Of a stretch of DNA of 64,000 nucleotides, positions 1 to 13,632 are shown piece by piece. The stretch is from Eledone cirrhosa. Lineage: Eukaryota. The stretch covers positions 286,998,001-287,062,000 of the forward strand of contig OZ024742.1 of the NCBI GenBank assembly GCA_964016885.1, in the 5' to 3' direction. The position numbers and the translations under genes are program-made. Position 1 is the stretch's first letter. Every line of letters starts with the position of its first letter. The notes beneath the pieces are model-generated. The model had not been told where the DNA came from and ran no database searches. It saw only the letters and a list, made by a program, of their open reading frames with translations.

Positions 1-1577
1 TAATCTACGTAAGTCTTCCACCTTCAGCGCCCAGGTCTCACTACCATGCAACATCGCTGTTCGGATACACGCATCATACAGTCTGCCTTTCATTCTGAGG
101 GAGAAGCCTTTTGCAGCTAGCAGTGGTAGTAGTTCCCTAAACTTCTTCCATCCCGTTCTTACCCTAGTTATTGTACTTTCTGAGCACCCACCTCCGTTGC
201 TAATTCGGTCACCTAGGTAGCAGAAGCTGTCTACTGTTTCTACAGGGCCCTCCCAGAGATTGGTGGTACTTGTTTCCTGTGGCTGTTTGCTTGCTGTTTC
301 AGCACAGCTGCTGCATGTGAATCCTACATTCTTAATTAAGCTTCCTGAGATCCCGCTACATCTCTTGTGTACCCATTGTTTGCATTTGGGGCAGAGAATG
401 GAGTTTCTACCTACACCTTTCCTACATACTGAGCAAGGCCATTTCCCTGAGGGGATCTGGGTTCTGTTTTCTCGTCTACTTACAAGGACCTTAGTCTTTG
501 TCATGTTGACTTTGAGGCCCTTTCTCTCTAGTCCCTGCTTCCAGGTTTGGAATTTATTCTCTAGTTCTACCATAGATTCAGCTATGAGTGCGAGGTCATC
601 AGCATACAGGAGTTCCCATGGGCATCTGGTCTTAAACTCCTCCGTTATTGCCTGCAGGACTATGATGAACAGGAGAGGGCTAAGAACAGAGCCCTGGTGG
701 ACCCCAACCTGTACGCTAAATTCCTCGCTATACTCATTGCCAATCCTAACTTTGCTGACTGCTCCCCTATACATGGCTTGTACCGCTTTCACAAGCCATT
801 CATCTACTCCTAGTTTTCTAAGAGCCCACCAGATTACTGCACGTGGAACTCTGTCAAAGGCTTTCTCAAGGTCGACAAATGCCAAGTAGAGTGGCTTACT
901 TTTAGCTAGGTACTTTTCCTGTAATTGCCTCACAAGGAAGAGGGCATCAGTGGTGCCTTTCCCTAGTACAAACCCAAATTGCATCTCGTCTATATTCACC
1001 CGGTCCCTAATCAGCTGTGCTATAACTCTTTCTGTTACTTTCATGACCTGGTCCATCAACTTTATACCTCTATAGTTTCCTCTATCTAGTGCATCGCCTT
1101 TACCTTTGTAGCAGTTGACAATGATGCTACTGCACCAATCTTTTGGTATGGCCCCCTCTAGTATTACCTGGTTAACGATACGTGTGGTTATAGTGTGACC
1201 TACAGACCCAGATGCCTTCAGCATCTCGGCAGCTATACCCGATGGACCGGTTGCCTTCCCTATCTTCATATCTCTGATTGCCTTACTTACTACGCTGCCG
1301 CTGACTTGTACTGCTGGTCCCTCTATAGGGTCTACGTGGGGTAGGGTCTCTTCTTCCCATGCATTCTCCTCATTTAGTAATCTATCATAATGACTCTTCC
1401 ATGCATCTTTCTTCTCAGCACTTGTGAGGGCAAGCTCACCTTTATCATTCCGGATACACTTCTCTCCAATGACATCACAACTATCTCTGACACACTGCCT
1501 CGCAATCTTGAATACCTCCTGTTTCTGGTCCTCACGTTGTAAAACATGCTTGAATTTTCTATCCTCTGCTTCCCTCC
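1..1577 (-). mobile_element. RTE-clade LINE, family A, RT region; 5'-truncated at a TA microsatellite and running off the window
   Basis: Minus strand encodes the RT motifs [19 protein letters not shown] and LLYADD; nearly collinear with 27760-29190. Confidence 0.92.
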
Positions 1578-1588
1578 TATATATATAC

Positions 1589-1652
<64 letters not shown>

Positions 1653-1707
1653 ATATATATACATGTATATACATATACATATATATATATATATACATGT
1701 ATATACA

Positions 1708-1743
<36 letters not shown>

Positions 1744-2284
1744 CATGTATATACATATATATATACATATATATACATATATATATATACATATATATAT
1801 ATACATATATATGTACATATATATATGTACATATATATATGTACATATATATATATATACATATATATGTACATATATATATGTACATATATATATATAT
1901 ACATATATATGTACATATATATATATGTACATATATATATATATACATATATATGTACATATATATATATGTACATATATATATATATACATATATATGT
2001 ACATATATATATACATATATATATATATACATATTTATATATATACATATATATATATATATATACATATATACATATATATATATACATATATATATAT
2101 ACATATATACATATATATATATACATATATACATATATATATATACATGTATACATATATATATACATATATACATACATACATATATATATACATATAT
2201 ATATACATATATACATATATACATACATATATACATACATATATATATACATATATATATACATATATATACACACATATATAT

Positions 2285-2330
<46 letters not shown>

Positions 2331-2387
2331 ATACAAATACACACACACATACATACATACACATACATATATACATATATATATACA

Positions 2388-2431
<44 letters not shown>

Positions 2432-2626
2432 TTGTGTGAGTATATGTACACTTCTCTTACATGTGCACACTCATATATAAACATTCATACACCTATACTC
2501 ATCTATACACACACAAACACATAAATATTAGCGTGGAAGAACGGAAGTAAAACGGTGATGATGATATATATATATATATATATACATACATATATATATA
2601 CACATATATATATATACATACACATA
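1578..2626. repeat. Compound (TA)n/(TACA)n/(CA)n microsatellite with a short RTE-tail fragment (~2527-2565)
   Basis: Read directly from the sequence. Confidence 0.97.
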
Positions 2627-5600
2627 TCATCATCAACGTTTAACGTCCGTGTTCCACGCTTGCATGGGTTTGGACGGGGGTTTTCCCACTTGAGGCAAGA
2701 GTGATTGTCTTGCTCGCATAGGACTGTCTGGCGGGTTTTCTACAGCTGGATGCCCTTCCTAACACCAACCACATTTACAGTGTGGGGCTGGGAGGTTTTT
2801 ACCGTGTTGCCTACACGGCCACATTACAGCGCGGACTGTCTGGCGGGTTTTCTACAGCTGGATGCCCTTCCTAGCACCAACCACATTTACAGTGTGGGGC
2901 TGGGAGGTTTTTACCGTGTTGCCTACACGGCCACATTACAGCGTGGACTGTGTGTTTTTTTGTCGTGACACCTACACGATCTCATTTGTTTCGGCCTGGA
3001 TGTTGTGGCACCAACATAACTGTACATTGAAAGGGGCGGTGTGGATGGGGTGGTGGGACGGGGATGTATTTTGTTAGAGATGCCTACTGACTGTAGTAGG
3101 TTTTACTTTGTATTTAGGTAAGGCGGGTCTTCTCTATTACTGAGTACCGCCAAAGGTCTCGGTCCAGTGACATTGTCTTGGAGAGGTGTAAGTGTGTGAG
3201 GTCGGAATTTATCAGCTCGTCCCAGGTTTTTCTGGGTCTGCCTACTCCGTGGCTACCGTCTATCTTTATTGCCCTGCACTTTGTTATACAGCTATCGTCT
3301 TTCATGCGCATCACGTGACCATACCAACGTAGCCTTCTCTCGAGTAAACAACATCTGATCCCTCTTATTTCTAATTTTTTCCTTAGTTCGTTTATGCTTT
3401 GCCGTTCACGTATATTACTATTACACATCCAGCGGAGCATGCAAGCTTCGTTCCTCTCTAGTCTGCGTATATCCTCTGCACACAATGCCCAGGTCTCACT
3501 GCCATGGAACATTGCTGTTCGTATGCAGGCATCATACAACCTGCCTTTCATTTTTAGGGAGAACCCTTTAGCGGCTAATAGTGGTATAAGCTCTCTGAAC
3601 TTTTTCCATCCAGTTCTGACTCTAGCTACTGTACTTTCAGAGCACCCTCCCCCACTGCTGATTTTGTCACCCAGGTAACGGAAGCTGTCCACTATTTCTA
3701 TAGAACCCTCTGCGCAGTTGAAAGAGCTAGTATTTAGTGGGCACTTGCTGCTACTTATTGCACCAGAGCACCGGCCACATGTAAAATCTATGTTCTTAGT
3801 TAGCTTACCTGTGATCCCACTACATCTTTTATGCACCCATACTTTGCATTTGGGACATAAAATGGAGTTTCTACCTACGCCTTTCCTACACACTGAGCAT
3901 GGCCACTTCCCGGAAGGGACCGCCGCCTTATTTTCTTTCTTACAAACTAGAACCTTAGTCTTAGCCAGGTTAATTTTAAGGCCTTTTGATTCTAGGCCAT
4001 GCTTCCATGTTTAGAATTTCTTCTCTAGCTCGGCCATTGATTCAGCTATGAGTGTTAAGTCATCTGCGTATAGGAGTTCCCATGGGCAGCCGGTCTTGAA
4101 CTCCTCTGTTATAGCCTGAAGGGCAATAATAAATAGTAGGGGGCTAAGAACAGAGCCCTGATGGACACCAACTTTTACGCTAAACTCTTCACTATATTCG
4201 TTGTTAATTCTAACCTTGCTGACAGTTTCTTTATACGTGGCTTGTATAGCTCTCACAAGCCATTCGTCAACACCTAGTTTTCTAAGAGCCCACCAGATAA
4301 TGGAACGGGGGACTCTCTCGAAGGCTTTCTCCAAGTCGACAAAAGCTAAGTATAGGGGTTTACTTTTAGCTAGGTACTTCTCCTGTAGTTGTCGTACAAT
4401 GAAAAGAGCGTCTGTGGTACTTTTGCCTGACACAAACCCGAACTGCATTTCATCTAGATCAATTCTCTCTCTGATTAGTTGCGCTATTACTTTTTCCGTG
4501 ACCTTTATGACCTGGTCGATTAATTTAATGCCTCTATAGTTACTCCTATCTAGGGCATCTCCTTTACCCTTATAACAGTTAACGATGATGCTGCTACGCC
4601 AGTCCTTCGGAACAACCCCATTCTGTATGACTTGGTTAACTATCCGGGTGACCATGGTGTGTCCCACCGTTCCAGATGCCTTCAGCATCTCAGCAACTAT
4701 TTCCGAAGGCCCAGCCGCCTTACCCGTCTTCATATCTTTGATTGCCTTACTTATTATACTACCCTTGACTAACACTGCTGGTCCCTCTATTGGGTCAATG
4801 TGGGGGGAGACTGTCTTTCTCCCATTTATTCTCCTCATTTAGTAGCCTTTCGTAGTGACACTTCCAAGCTACCTTCTTATCAGCGTCGGTGATGGCAAGT
4901 ACGCCTTCATCATTAAGTACACACTTCTCCCCGACAATATCACGGTTTTCCTTGACACATTGCCTAGCAATCCTGAACACCTCACGTTTTTGGTCCTCGC
5001 GTTGTAGAACATGCTTGAACTTTCTTTCCTCTGCTTCCCTTCTTGCGAAGTACACTTGTCTCCTAGCTTCCCTCCTGGCCACTTGATCATCTTCTCTACT
5101 TCCCCCATCCCGCCATACTTTCCAAGCCTGCTTTTTGGCCTTAATTGACCCCTCCACCTTACTGTTCCACCACCATGTTACTCTCCTCCTGCCTACAGGC
5201 CTGCTCCAGCCACAGACTTCGTCTGCCGCCATCAGCAGGTTTGCTTTCAGGAATTCCCACTGTTCCTCTATATTGTACGACTCTAATTGCTCTTCCTTAC
5301 TGTCGAAAGCATCAAGTAGTATGCTTTTAAATTTATTTCTGGCTGTGGGGTCCTTTAGCTTCCATATTTTTCTCCTGAGGATAGTCCTCTTCTGCTGTCT
5401 AATACGTCTCGTCCTGACTATTAGGTCGCTAATTATCAGTCTATGTTGGGAGGTGCATTCTTCATGGGGGAGGGATTTAGTGTTTACAACAGACACTCTG
5501 TCACGTCTTCTGGTAAGGATATAATCTACCTGGCTTGTGTGTTCCTTCGATCTATAGGTGATCAGGTGATTGTCACGTTTTTTGAAGTTAGTGTTACAGA

Positions 5601-6412
5601 TAGTTAGGTTATTTGCGTCACAGTATTCCAGGATTCTGGAGCCTTCCTCATTTCTAGTACCAAACCCATAGCCTCCATGGATTTCGTCGTAGCCGTCACA
5701 ATATTGTCCAACGTGACCATTTAGGTCGCCTGCAATAATTATATAGTCACTGTCGGTTATTTGGGAGGTAGTGAGCATCAGTGTCTCATAGAATCTGTCT
5801 TTTGTAGTGCCGTACAGTCCGGATTGGGGTGCGTACGCAGATATTACTGTCACCGTAGATCTATTGAGGACAAGTCTTATTTTAATTATTCTGTCGTTCA
5901 CTCTATTTACGTCTATTATCTTATCTGCCCACTTTTCTGCTACCATGATTCCTACTCCACCCAGCCCATTGTCATTTCCCACCCAGAAAAGCTTATAGCA
6001 TCGTTATTTTACCCACAATGAATCTAGCAGACCCACCCCTCCATCTGGTCTCTTGAATACAACAAACATCGACCTCCTTAATTTCAAGCATTTCTACAAC
6101 CTCGTTAGAGCGACCCTTTAAGGTGCCTACATTCATGGTACCAACTCTGAAGTTTTGGATTGCGTTTGGAGGGTGGGAGCGGTGGGGCGCGGGGGAGATG
6201 GGGTTATGTTAGCCATCCGCGGCCGAAACAAAGAGGAGGAGTGCTCGCATTCTCGTCCACGAGGTGAATTTGTCTTTATCTTTGGCATTGTCGCTGAGCG
6301 TCCAGATTTTTCTCTCTTCAACTCTCCAGAATTCCGTAGTCCATCCATCCATCATATAGAAAGGCAACCAGGTAAGCGATAGTATAGGCCTCTGGCTTAT
6401 GATTGGTCCACG
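2627..6412 (-). mobile_element. RTE-clade LINE, family B, near full-length and disabled
   Basis: APE endonuclease (ISAYAPQ, AGDLNGHVG, DYIL, SQHR) at 4795-5982, RT at 4011-4838, C-terminus at 3114-3893. Stop at 4011-4013 and frameshifts near 4800, 6000 and 6135. (GAT)n tail at the left end; 112-bp tandem duplication in the 3' UTR (starts 2721 and 2833). 5' boundary approximate. Confidence 0.95.
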
Positions 6413-6413
6413 T

Positions 6414-6535
6414 AATAATAATTGTTTCTATTTTAGGCACAAGGCCAGCAATTACCCAGTACATTACTGGTACTTTATTTTATCGACCCCGTAAGGATGA
6501 AAGGCAAAGTTAACCTCGGCGGGATTTGAACTCAT
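6414..6535 (-). mobile_element. tRNA-derived SINE family 1, partial copy
   Basis: Reverse complement of the 3' part of 21951-22145, including B-box GAGTTCAAATCC. Confidence 0.85.
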
Positions 6536-8326
6536 ATCATAAAGGGACATATAATAATGGTGGTACGTGGGGGCGGGCGGGAGGGATGTTGAGTTGTTAG
6601 CGAGAAGGTAAGGTTTAAATAAGATCCTCGTATTTGGGTATAATTTAACAAGCAATAACAAAAATACAAGATTTGTTTTGGAAAATACGACAAAGATACA
6701 GGAGGATTTATATATATATATACATATATATACACATATATACAGTATAAAAGAGAAAACACAGGTAAGCATTAAGAGAAGGATTTTATCCAGGTATTTA
6801 CGACCGTTTCATTGGTAAGTGCAACCTTATATTGCTATACTGCAAATAGCAGCCACTCAATTATAATTGTTGTTCACAGTCCAAATTTTCAAAATAGTAA
6901 GTTACTCTTGAAATAATTCTTAATATATAGAGAGAAAAACATTTATTTGGAATTGTATTTACTAGTATAGAGAGAGAGGAAGGGGGAAGAGGTAGGAAGT
7001 AGAGTGACAAACTGAGATGGAGGGAGGGGTAGAGGTGGAAGGATTCTTTGGTCAGTTTTGATAGCAGACTTCATGTCGTGGAATGTAGTGAGTTAAAGAG
7101 AATTAAATTGATCATAGTGGGAGGGATGGATAGAGAGGGAGAGAGAGAGAGGGGGGAGATATAAAGAGATAAATATATATATATATATAAAAAATAAAGA
7201 TAAAGATAATAATGACAAAAATAAAAGCAAAGAAGGGGGTGAGAAAGAAGAAAAGAAAAGATAGCCAAGAAGGAAGGAAGAAAACGAAGAAATAGAAGAG
7301 GAATGAGGGAGAAGAGAGGGATATATGCATTGGTTTTGTGGGTAATTAAAAGGGTTTAGATACAACAAGAGGGTATAAAGTCTAAGTATATGCAGTTTGT
7401 CAGTTGGTAGTAAGAGGTTAAGGGTTTGATTTGTAGTGCGAAAACTTCTCTTTGAGTCTATGGTTACAATAAATTGATCTTTCGATTTTATTGTTAAAAA
7501 GATACATAACACCAAAACGCAAATTTACAACAATAACAATACAATCACCACCGTACAAAACAGAATATCTAATACACAACCACCCGCTAATAGGCAAACA
7601 AAACGTAACACACTTGTACAGGCATCGCAGCCCACCAATAATGCCAAAGTTGCCCATGACAAGAATTGTAACTGCCACCTACCTGAAACCTGTCCATTAC
7701 ATAATGAATGTATACAGTCTAACCTGGTTTACCAATGCACAGTGGAATCAGACACCAGAAATGGTATTACATCGGAGCGACTGGGAATGCATTTAAAGCC
7801 CGTTGGTATACACACCGTTACGCAATGAAACATTCCCAGCATCGTTATGTAACTACCCTTGCAAACAAGACCTGGCAACTGAGAGAAAGTAACCATCAAT
7901 ACACCCTCAAGTGAAAAAAATTATCGAACGTGCCCCCATATCAGAGTGGTATGAGAAGCTTGAGCTGTTCCACATTTTGAGTTCGAAGAATAAGTTACTC
8001 AACAATAAAATCGAAAGATCAATTTATTGTAACCATAGACTCAAAGAGAAGTTTTCGCACTACAAATCGAACCCTTAACCTCTTACTACCAACTGACAAA
8101 CTGCATATACTTAGACTTTATACCCTCTTGTTGTATCTAAACCCTTTTAATTACCCATGAAACCAATGCATATATCCCTCTCTTCTCCCTCATTCCTCTT
8201 CTATTTCTTCCTTCCTTCCCTCCCCTTCTTGGCTATCTTTTCTTTTCTTTTTTCTCACCCCCTTCTTTGCTTTTATTTTTGTCATTATTATCTTTATCTT
8301 TATTTTTTATATATATATATATATAT

Positions 8327-11300
8327 ATTGTTATACTTTGGGAGGGTCATGTTGCCAATAAGAAACACACGCACCAGTTGCTTTCACTTCAATTTATTAT
8401 AATAAATTTATAATAAATTTATAAATTTATAAATTTCTGGTTGGTTGGTTGGTTCCACAACCAGATAGTTGTTTATATATAGTCATAGTTCTTTCGTCAC
8501 ACACTCTGTGACCTCTTCAGTGACTGGGGATTCCTTTCTTTGTTTTTGTGCCTCTCCTTTGTTCTGTCCTACGCCATTTTGTTTCTGTGTGTGTGTTGTG
8601 TGCTCAGTCTGCGCATGCGCCACATCCGGGTGTCTGTGTGTGTTTATGTTCATTTATTTATTTGTTTATTTACATGTTACTGGTTGGTTGTTTGTTCTAT
8701 GTGTGTGTGTGTTTTCATTTTGTCCTTAATTGTAAGTTGTGATGTTGCTGTTCCACTCATATTTTCTATTTAATTTTGGTTGTAATTCTTTTATGTTTAT
8801 TGCCTCTGTGATTTATCTAAACATTGCATCTTTTCTGTGTGTAGATTCTATTTTTATTTCTATGTTCTCTAATTTACCCTTGTGTTCTATTTTAGCATGT
8901 TGGTAGAGTACAGATGATTCTTTACTATCTTGAAGGTCTCGCCAGTGTTCATTTATCCGTTCCCCTACACTATGAGCTGTCTCACCTATGTACACTATAT
9001 TTTTGTCTCTACATTGTCCTTCAGTACATCTTATACTATACACTACATTTCTAGTTTTACAGTTAATATGGGGGCTTATTTTACAGGTTATACATTTCTT
9101 ATCTATACATGAGGGTCTTTGAAAAGGGTATGTCTTGCTAATAAGTGTTTTTACGGAGGTACCTGGTCTTTCTACTATCTTAATATTGAGGTTATGTTTA
9201 TCTAGGGCCCTTCTAAATTTGTAAGCTAATTCACCTCTAGGGGTTGTATCGATGAACATTACACTCTGGTATTTATTGCTATCATACCATGAGTTTATTC
9301 TATTAGCCTTGTTCCTAGTTCTTTCTATTCTATTCCAAAATTTGCTCCTATACAAGGGGCAGGTCCCATTTATGTCATTATTTACCATTTTTTCCCATTT
9401 GGTTCTTGCTCCTCTATACACTCTGATTTTATCTCTCTGATTGTAGCCAGAGAACTGCATACGGTGGATGAAGTGTTGTATGTGTCTCTCTAGTTCTTCG
9501 GGGTTGCACATGCGGGACACGTTTCTCATCACCCGTACCAAATCCGCAATCAGTATGTTGATTTTGGTATGGTCCGAAACGGCCGAGTTTCGGTGGATCA
9601 GATGTTTGGAAGTCATGGGTTTGGCATAATGGGAATGGAGGATTTGTTTTTTTTTTGTTATTAATGGTATCTAACCAGAGCTCTGTGTCTAGTACAGGTA
9701 ATCGATGGTTGGGGTGTTTACTTGGGTAGTCTATAGTAACTCTAATGCTCTGGTGGATGGAGTTAGCTATTTGCTGGATGCTTTCCATTGTTTTTCTCTA
9801 GTTCCTGACTGTTCTCTAGTGGGGGTGTCTTAACTACGATGTTTATATCATCAACGTAGCGGGAGTACATTATCAGGGTTCAGGGGTTTCTAATTGTTCT
9901 TTAAGTTTAAGTCTACTGTCCCACCATACCATGAATAAGTTAGCTATGTCGCCTGCAATGCTAACACCAATGGCTGCTCCTTCCTCTTGGGCATATGTTT
10001 TTCCATTAAATTTGAACATATGTTCCTTAAGGGTTAGTTTTATGCTGGCCCCTACCGCATGTGCAATCATTTTCTTCAGTTCATCGTGGTTTTCGGGTGT
10101 CCGTATGGCTCTGGTTCACCCGTTCCATCTACCTGTGTGGGTTTTCTTGGCCATTGAGGTAATGGTAGGTGTTCTGCCTCTTGCTGGTCTTGTAGGGCAC
10201 AGGTTGCTAAGGTCATATGTGTCTAGGTAATTATTACTATAGGTAAGTTTAAGTAGGAGTCCCAGCTCACTGGTATCAATCCCACGGAACTCAACCTTGC
10301 TCTCGCTGATCATTTCTACGCATTTCTCCACAGCAAAATCCACGTCAATAGATGGATACAGGGACACAACATCCATACTACCTATTATGCAGTTTCTTAG
10401 GTCCCTAGATCGGTTACCCTCACCGATTCTGCTGAGGAGGTCCTCTGTGCTGTCACATACATCTGGGGACATTTCAATGATGGGGCGTATGATCAGGGAG
10501 AGGAAGTAGGACAGTCTGTAGTTACTAGCAATGTTAGCTCCACAGACTGGCCGTGTTGGTGGTCCCGTGACAGGGTCACTGCCCGTTTTATAGTCTTTTC
10601 GAAGCCCATACAACGCCGGCACGTCATTGTTCCAGGCCTGGAAGTTGTTGGCAGTCCTTTTGTTGGGCTGCATTATATTCGTCCACATCACCATATGGGC
10701 ATTGAGGGCTTTTTCTCTGTCCTCATGCTCCTGTGGTGTTACTTCTCTTGTGTTAGTGATGTGGGGTTGCATTGCCTGGATGTAGTTTGGCAGGCTGTCA
10801 ACCGACATTTTGCCAGACTTGTCTGTTGGAAAGCATGCTATCTCTCCATTACGCGAGCGCTGCATGAGCTTATGCAAGCCATTTGCAGATTTTTCTCCCA
10901 GTTGCTGGGCCTCCATTCTATTATGCTTCTTGCTATACTGTTCTATAATATTTCTAAGTTCGGATCTAGCTATACTAAATTGTGCTTCTGTTTGTTCATC
11001 GACCTGTGACGACAATTGCGTGCGTTTGTTAAATGGTAAAGTTGTGGCGTGGACTCGTTGCAGGTCGAACGACTTATCGGAGGGATTATAAAAAGTAGAG
11101 TTCCAAGCTGCTGCTTTATGTGTACTAGTGCTATTGTTATTGTTAGTTGTGTTGTTTCTATTTCTATTTCCACCAACAGCCTCATGGTTGTTTCTATGTC
11201 TCTCATTATTACTCTTGTCTCTTTCCACTGGCTCATTGTTATTATCTACTCTATTTTGTGTGTCTGTGTGTTCGTCTTGGTTATTTTCTTTGTCCATAGT

Positions 11301-12125
11301 CTCCCTTCTCCTTTTAATCCTATTACCTTCCCTTATTTGTGTGCTACTGTCATTACTTGTTTTCTGTGTCTGTGTGTTTGTTAAGATTGTGGTGGTGGTG
11401 AGAGGCATTGAATGTGTGTGTGTTGTTGTTGTTGATGTGTGCTGTTGTTGATGTGTGTTGTCTCCGTGTGTGTTATTATTGTTGTGTGTTGTTATTGTTG
11501 TTTGTGTCTGCGTGTATGTTGTTGTTTCTGGGTATGTTATTGTTGTTGTTGTTGTTGTTGGTGTGTGTGTTGTTGTTATTGTTGTTTGTGTCTGTGTGTC
11601 TGTTGTTGTTGGGATGTGTGTTGTATATGTGTATGCGTATATTGTTACTTTTGTTTTTGTTTTTGTTTTTGAGGCTCCAGCGTAGTTTTGTAAATGATTT
11701 TTCTATTTCTGACAGACAACTAATCATATTTACCTTCTTGAATGTCGCAAATTTCGGTGGTAGACGTAATACAGATAACTCATCATCATCTATTACTGTG
11801 TTGCCGTATATATTTGTGTTGTTGTTGAACTCATCTGTTAATGAGGTGTCGGCCATATTTATACCGTCAATTTTGTCGGGGTATCTATTGGTATTCTCTA
11901 CAGTATCCTGATTTAGCTTTATCTGCTTAAGCCACTTTAGTTTCTTGTTAAAGTGCTTATCACATTCTTGAGTAATGTACTGTTCTTCAGGACGTATAAG
12001 GCTTATAAATATTAGTTTCTCTCTTGGTGTGGTGATCCTAGCTATTTCTTGTATTAGGTTACGCTTATGTTTTTTTTGATGACTTAATTCTCTATAGATC
12101 TTCTTTTTTATGTTTTTTTTTTATG
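8327..12125 (-). mobile_element. Penelope-like element B (RT plus C-terminal GIY-YIG), frameshifted
   Basis: ORF pieces carry DKSGK, PTRPVC, SMDVVSLYPSID, QEEGAAIG, RYVDD, LPVLD, a CxxxxCxxC linker and VVY...YIGET. Hammerhead in the 3' region. Boundaries approximate. Confidence 0.92.
8481..8525 (-). ncRNA. Type I minimal hammerhead ribozyme motif
   Basis: AGTCA-CTGAAGA-G-GTCACA(GAGTG)TGTGAC-GAAA-G(AA)C-TA-TGACT: 5-bp stem I, 6-bp stem II, CUA cleavage triplet. Confidence 0.85.
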
Positions 12126-12771
12126 TATATATATTTATCTCTTTATATCTCCCCCCCTCTCTCTCTCTCCCTCTCTATCCATCCCTCCCACTATGATCAA
12201 TTTAATTCTCTTTAACTCACTACATTCCACGACATGAAGTCTGCTATCAAAACTGACCAAAGAATCCTTCCACCTCTACCCCTCCCTCCATCTCAGTTTG
12301 TCACTCTACTTCCTACCTCTTCCCCCTTCCTCTCTCTCTATACTAGTAAATACAATTCCAAATAAATGTTTTTCTTTCTATATATTAAGAATTATTTCAA
12401 GTGTAACTTACTATTTTGAAAATTTGGACTGTGAACAACAATTATAATTGAGTGGCTGCTATTTGCAGCATAGCAACATAAGGTTGCACTTACCAATGAA
12501 ACGGTCGTAAATATCTGGATAAAATCCTTCTCTTAATGCTTACCTGTGTTTTCTCTTTTATACTTTATACTCCAAGATTGAACGGAATTCTTACAAACTT
12601 GTGGAGTTACCCCTAACTGTACGTTGAAACCATCCATGAAACTGGCTTTCTTAACCAAGAACTGGATCACAATAAGCAATTTTTTGCTTCTCTAACTACA
12701 TATATATACATATATATATATATATACATATACATACATACACATACACATATACACATATTTAAACATAT

Positions 12772-12810
<39 letters not shown>

Positions 12811-12859
12811 AATATATACATACATAAATATATTTCCATATCATACATAGATGTATATT

Positions 12860-13232
12860 TTTACTCATGCAATTACGGGTGGCTGTGTATCTTGTTGCCT
12901 TTAGTCATTAACGCATAAATCTAAGGAAGCTAAAACATTAAAAAGGCCAAAATAAGCATGAAAGCATATAATTAGGGGAAAGAGGTACTAATAAATGTTA
13001 TTCTATACAGAATTATAGTGAGTTGCTATTTAGAATATTTAATTAGGTTTATCGTATTTAATTAGGTATTTAAATGTTTTTCGTATTCGGTGATTACAGA
13101 CTATGATCAATTCCTGTCTTTTATTTAATAAATCGTCCTTAGATTTAGTAATTTCCAAGATCTCTCCTGAACATAATCTGCATTCCCTCCTGTTCCCAAG
13201 ATATGGAGTTTTTTGTATAATGGTGTTCCACG
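12860..13232 (-). mobile_element. Penelope-like GIY-YIG C-terminal fragment
   Basis: ISWNTIIQKTPY...RECRLCSGEILEI...LLNKRQELIIVCNHR, flanked by TA tracts. Confidence 0.65.
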
Positions 13233-13598
13233 ATATATATATATATATACACACACCCTTATATTAACATACTTTTGCTCACAGCTTCATACTTACAAGT
13301 ACACACACACTCTTTTACTTACATATACACACACATATCCTCTTAGCTTCGTACGGATGTATAATAACACACATGCACATGCTCAAGTATAGCTCTATAT
13401 ACAAAGTGTTTTTTTTCCATTTCAGGTAAATGCACTCCATCATCCACTTTTCTAAAAAAATATATCATACACAAAATGCCAGCATCAACAGCTTTCCAAG
13501 AGATGGCAACATGAACGGACCTGTTATTTTTCTCTAAAAACATTTTTTTCAGATTCCGCCCTGCCCATCCATTCAATATTTCTAATTTCTCATTCTTC

Positions 13599-13632
13599 CT
13601 TCTGATGAAGGACTAGCGTCCGAAACGTTAAG
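13599..13632 (+). ncRNA. Minimal hammerhead motif in a Penelope-like tail (~13400-13720)
   Basis: CTT-CTGATGA-A-GGAC(TAGC)GTCC-GAAAC-GTT-AAG. Stem III is the palindrome ACGT, the form that needs dimerisation; stem I is weak. Confidence 0.7.

Larger units (their letters stand above)
6744..12564 (+). mobile_element. Penelope-like element A (5'-truncated, with inverted pseudo-LTR), split by element B
   Basis: ~7670-7913 translates, across one frameshift, NCHLPETCPLHNECIQSNLVYQC...YIGATGNAFKARWYTH...TTLANKTW (GIY-YIG). 6744-7495 is the reverse complement of 8001-~8325 joined to ~12126-12564. Confidence 0.85.

Noticed and set aside
260-889. Antisense ORFs over RTE RT regions (also 27918-28514 and 37093-37494)
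   Set aside because: Shadow frames of the retrotransposon coding strand with no independent motifs.
1374-2524. Long Y/I/H/M/C-rich ORFs (also 34100-35098 and 53194-55206)
   Set aside because: Translations of TA/CA microsatellites, which lack stop codons.
7905-7915. In-frame TGA in the GIY-YIG of element A as selenocysteine (reported for some Naiad elements)
   Set aside because: It falls at a position that looks like Trp (LKW, compare ISW at ~13230), not Cys, in an already frameshifted copy; most likely TGG>TGA decay.
12420-12515. Hammerhead in the element A pseudo-LTR
   Set aside because: GAAAC-G-GTC is present, but no convincing CTGANGA with matching stems could be placed by eye.
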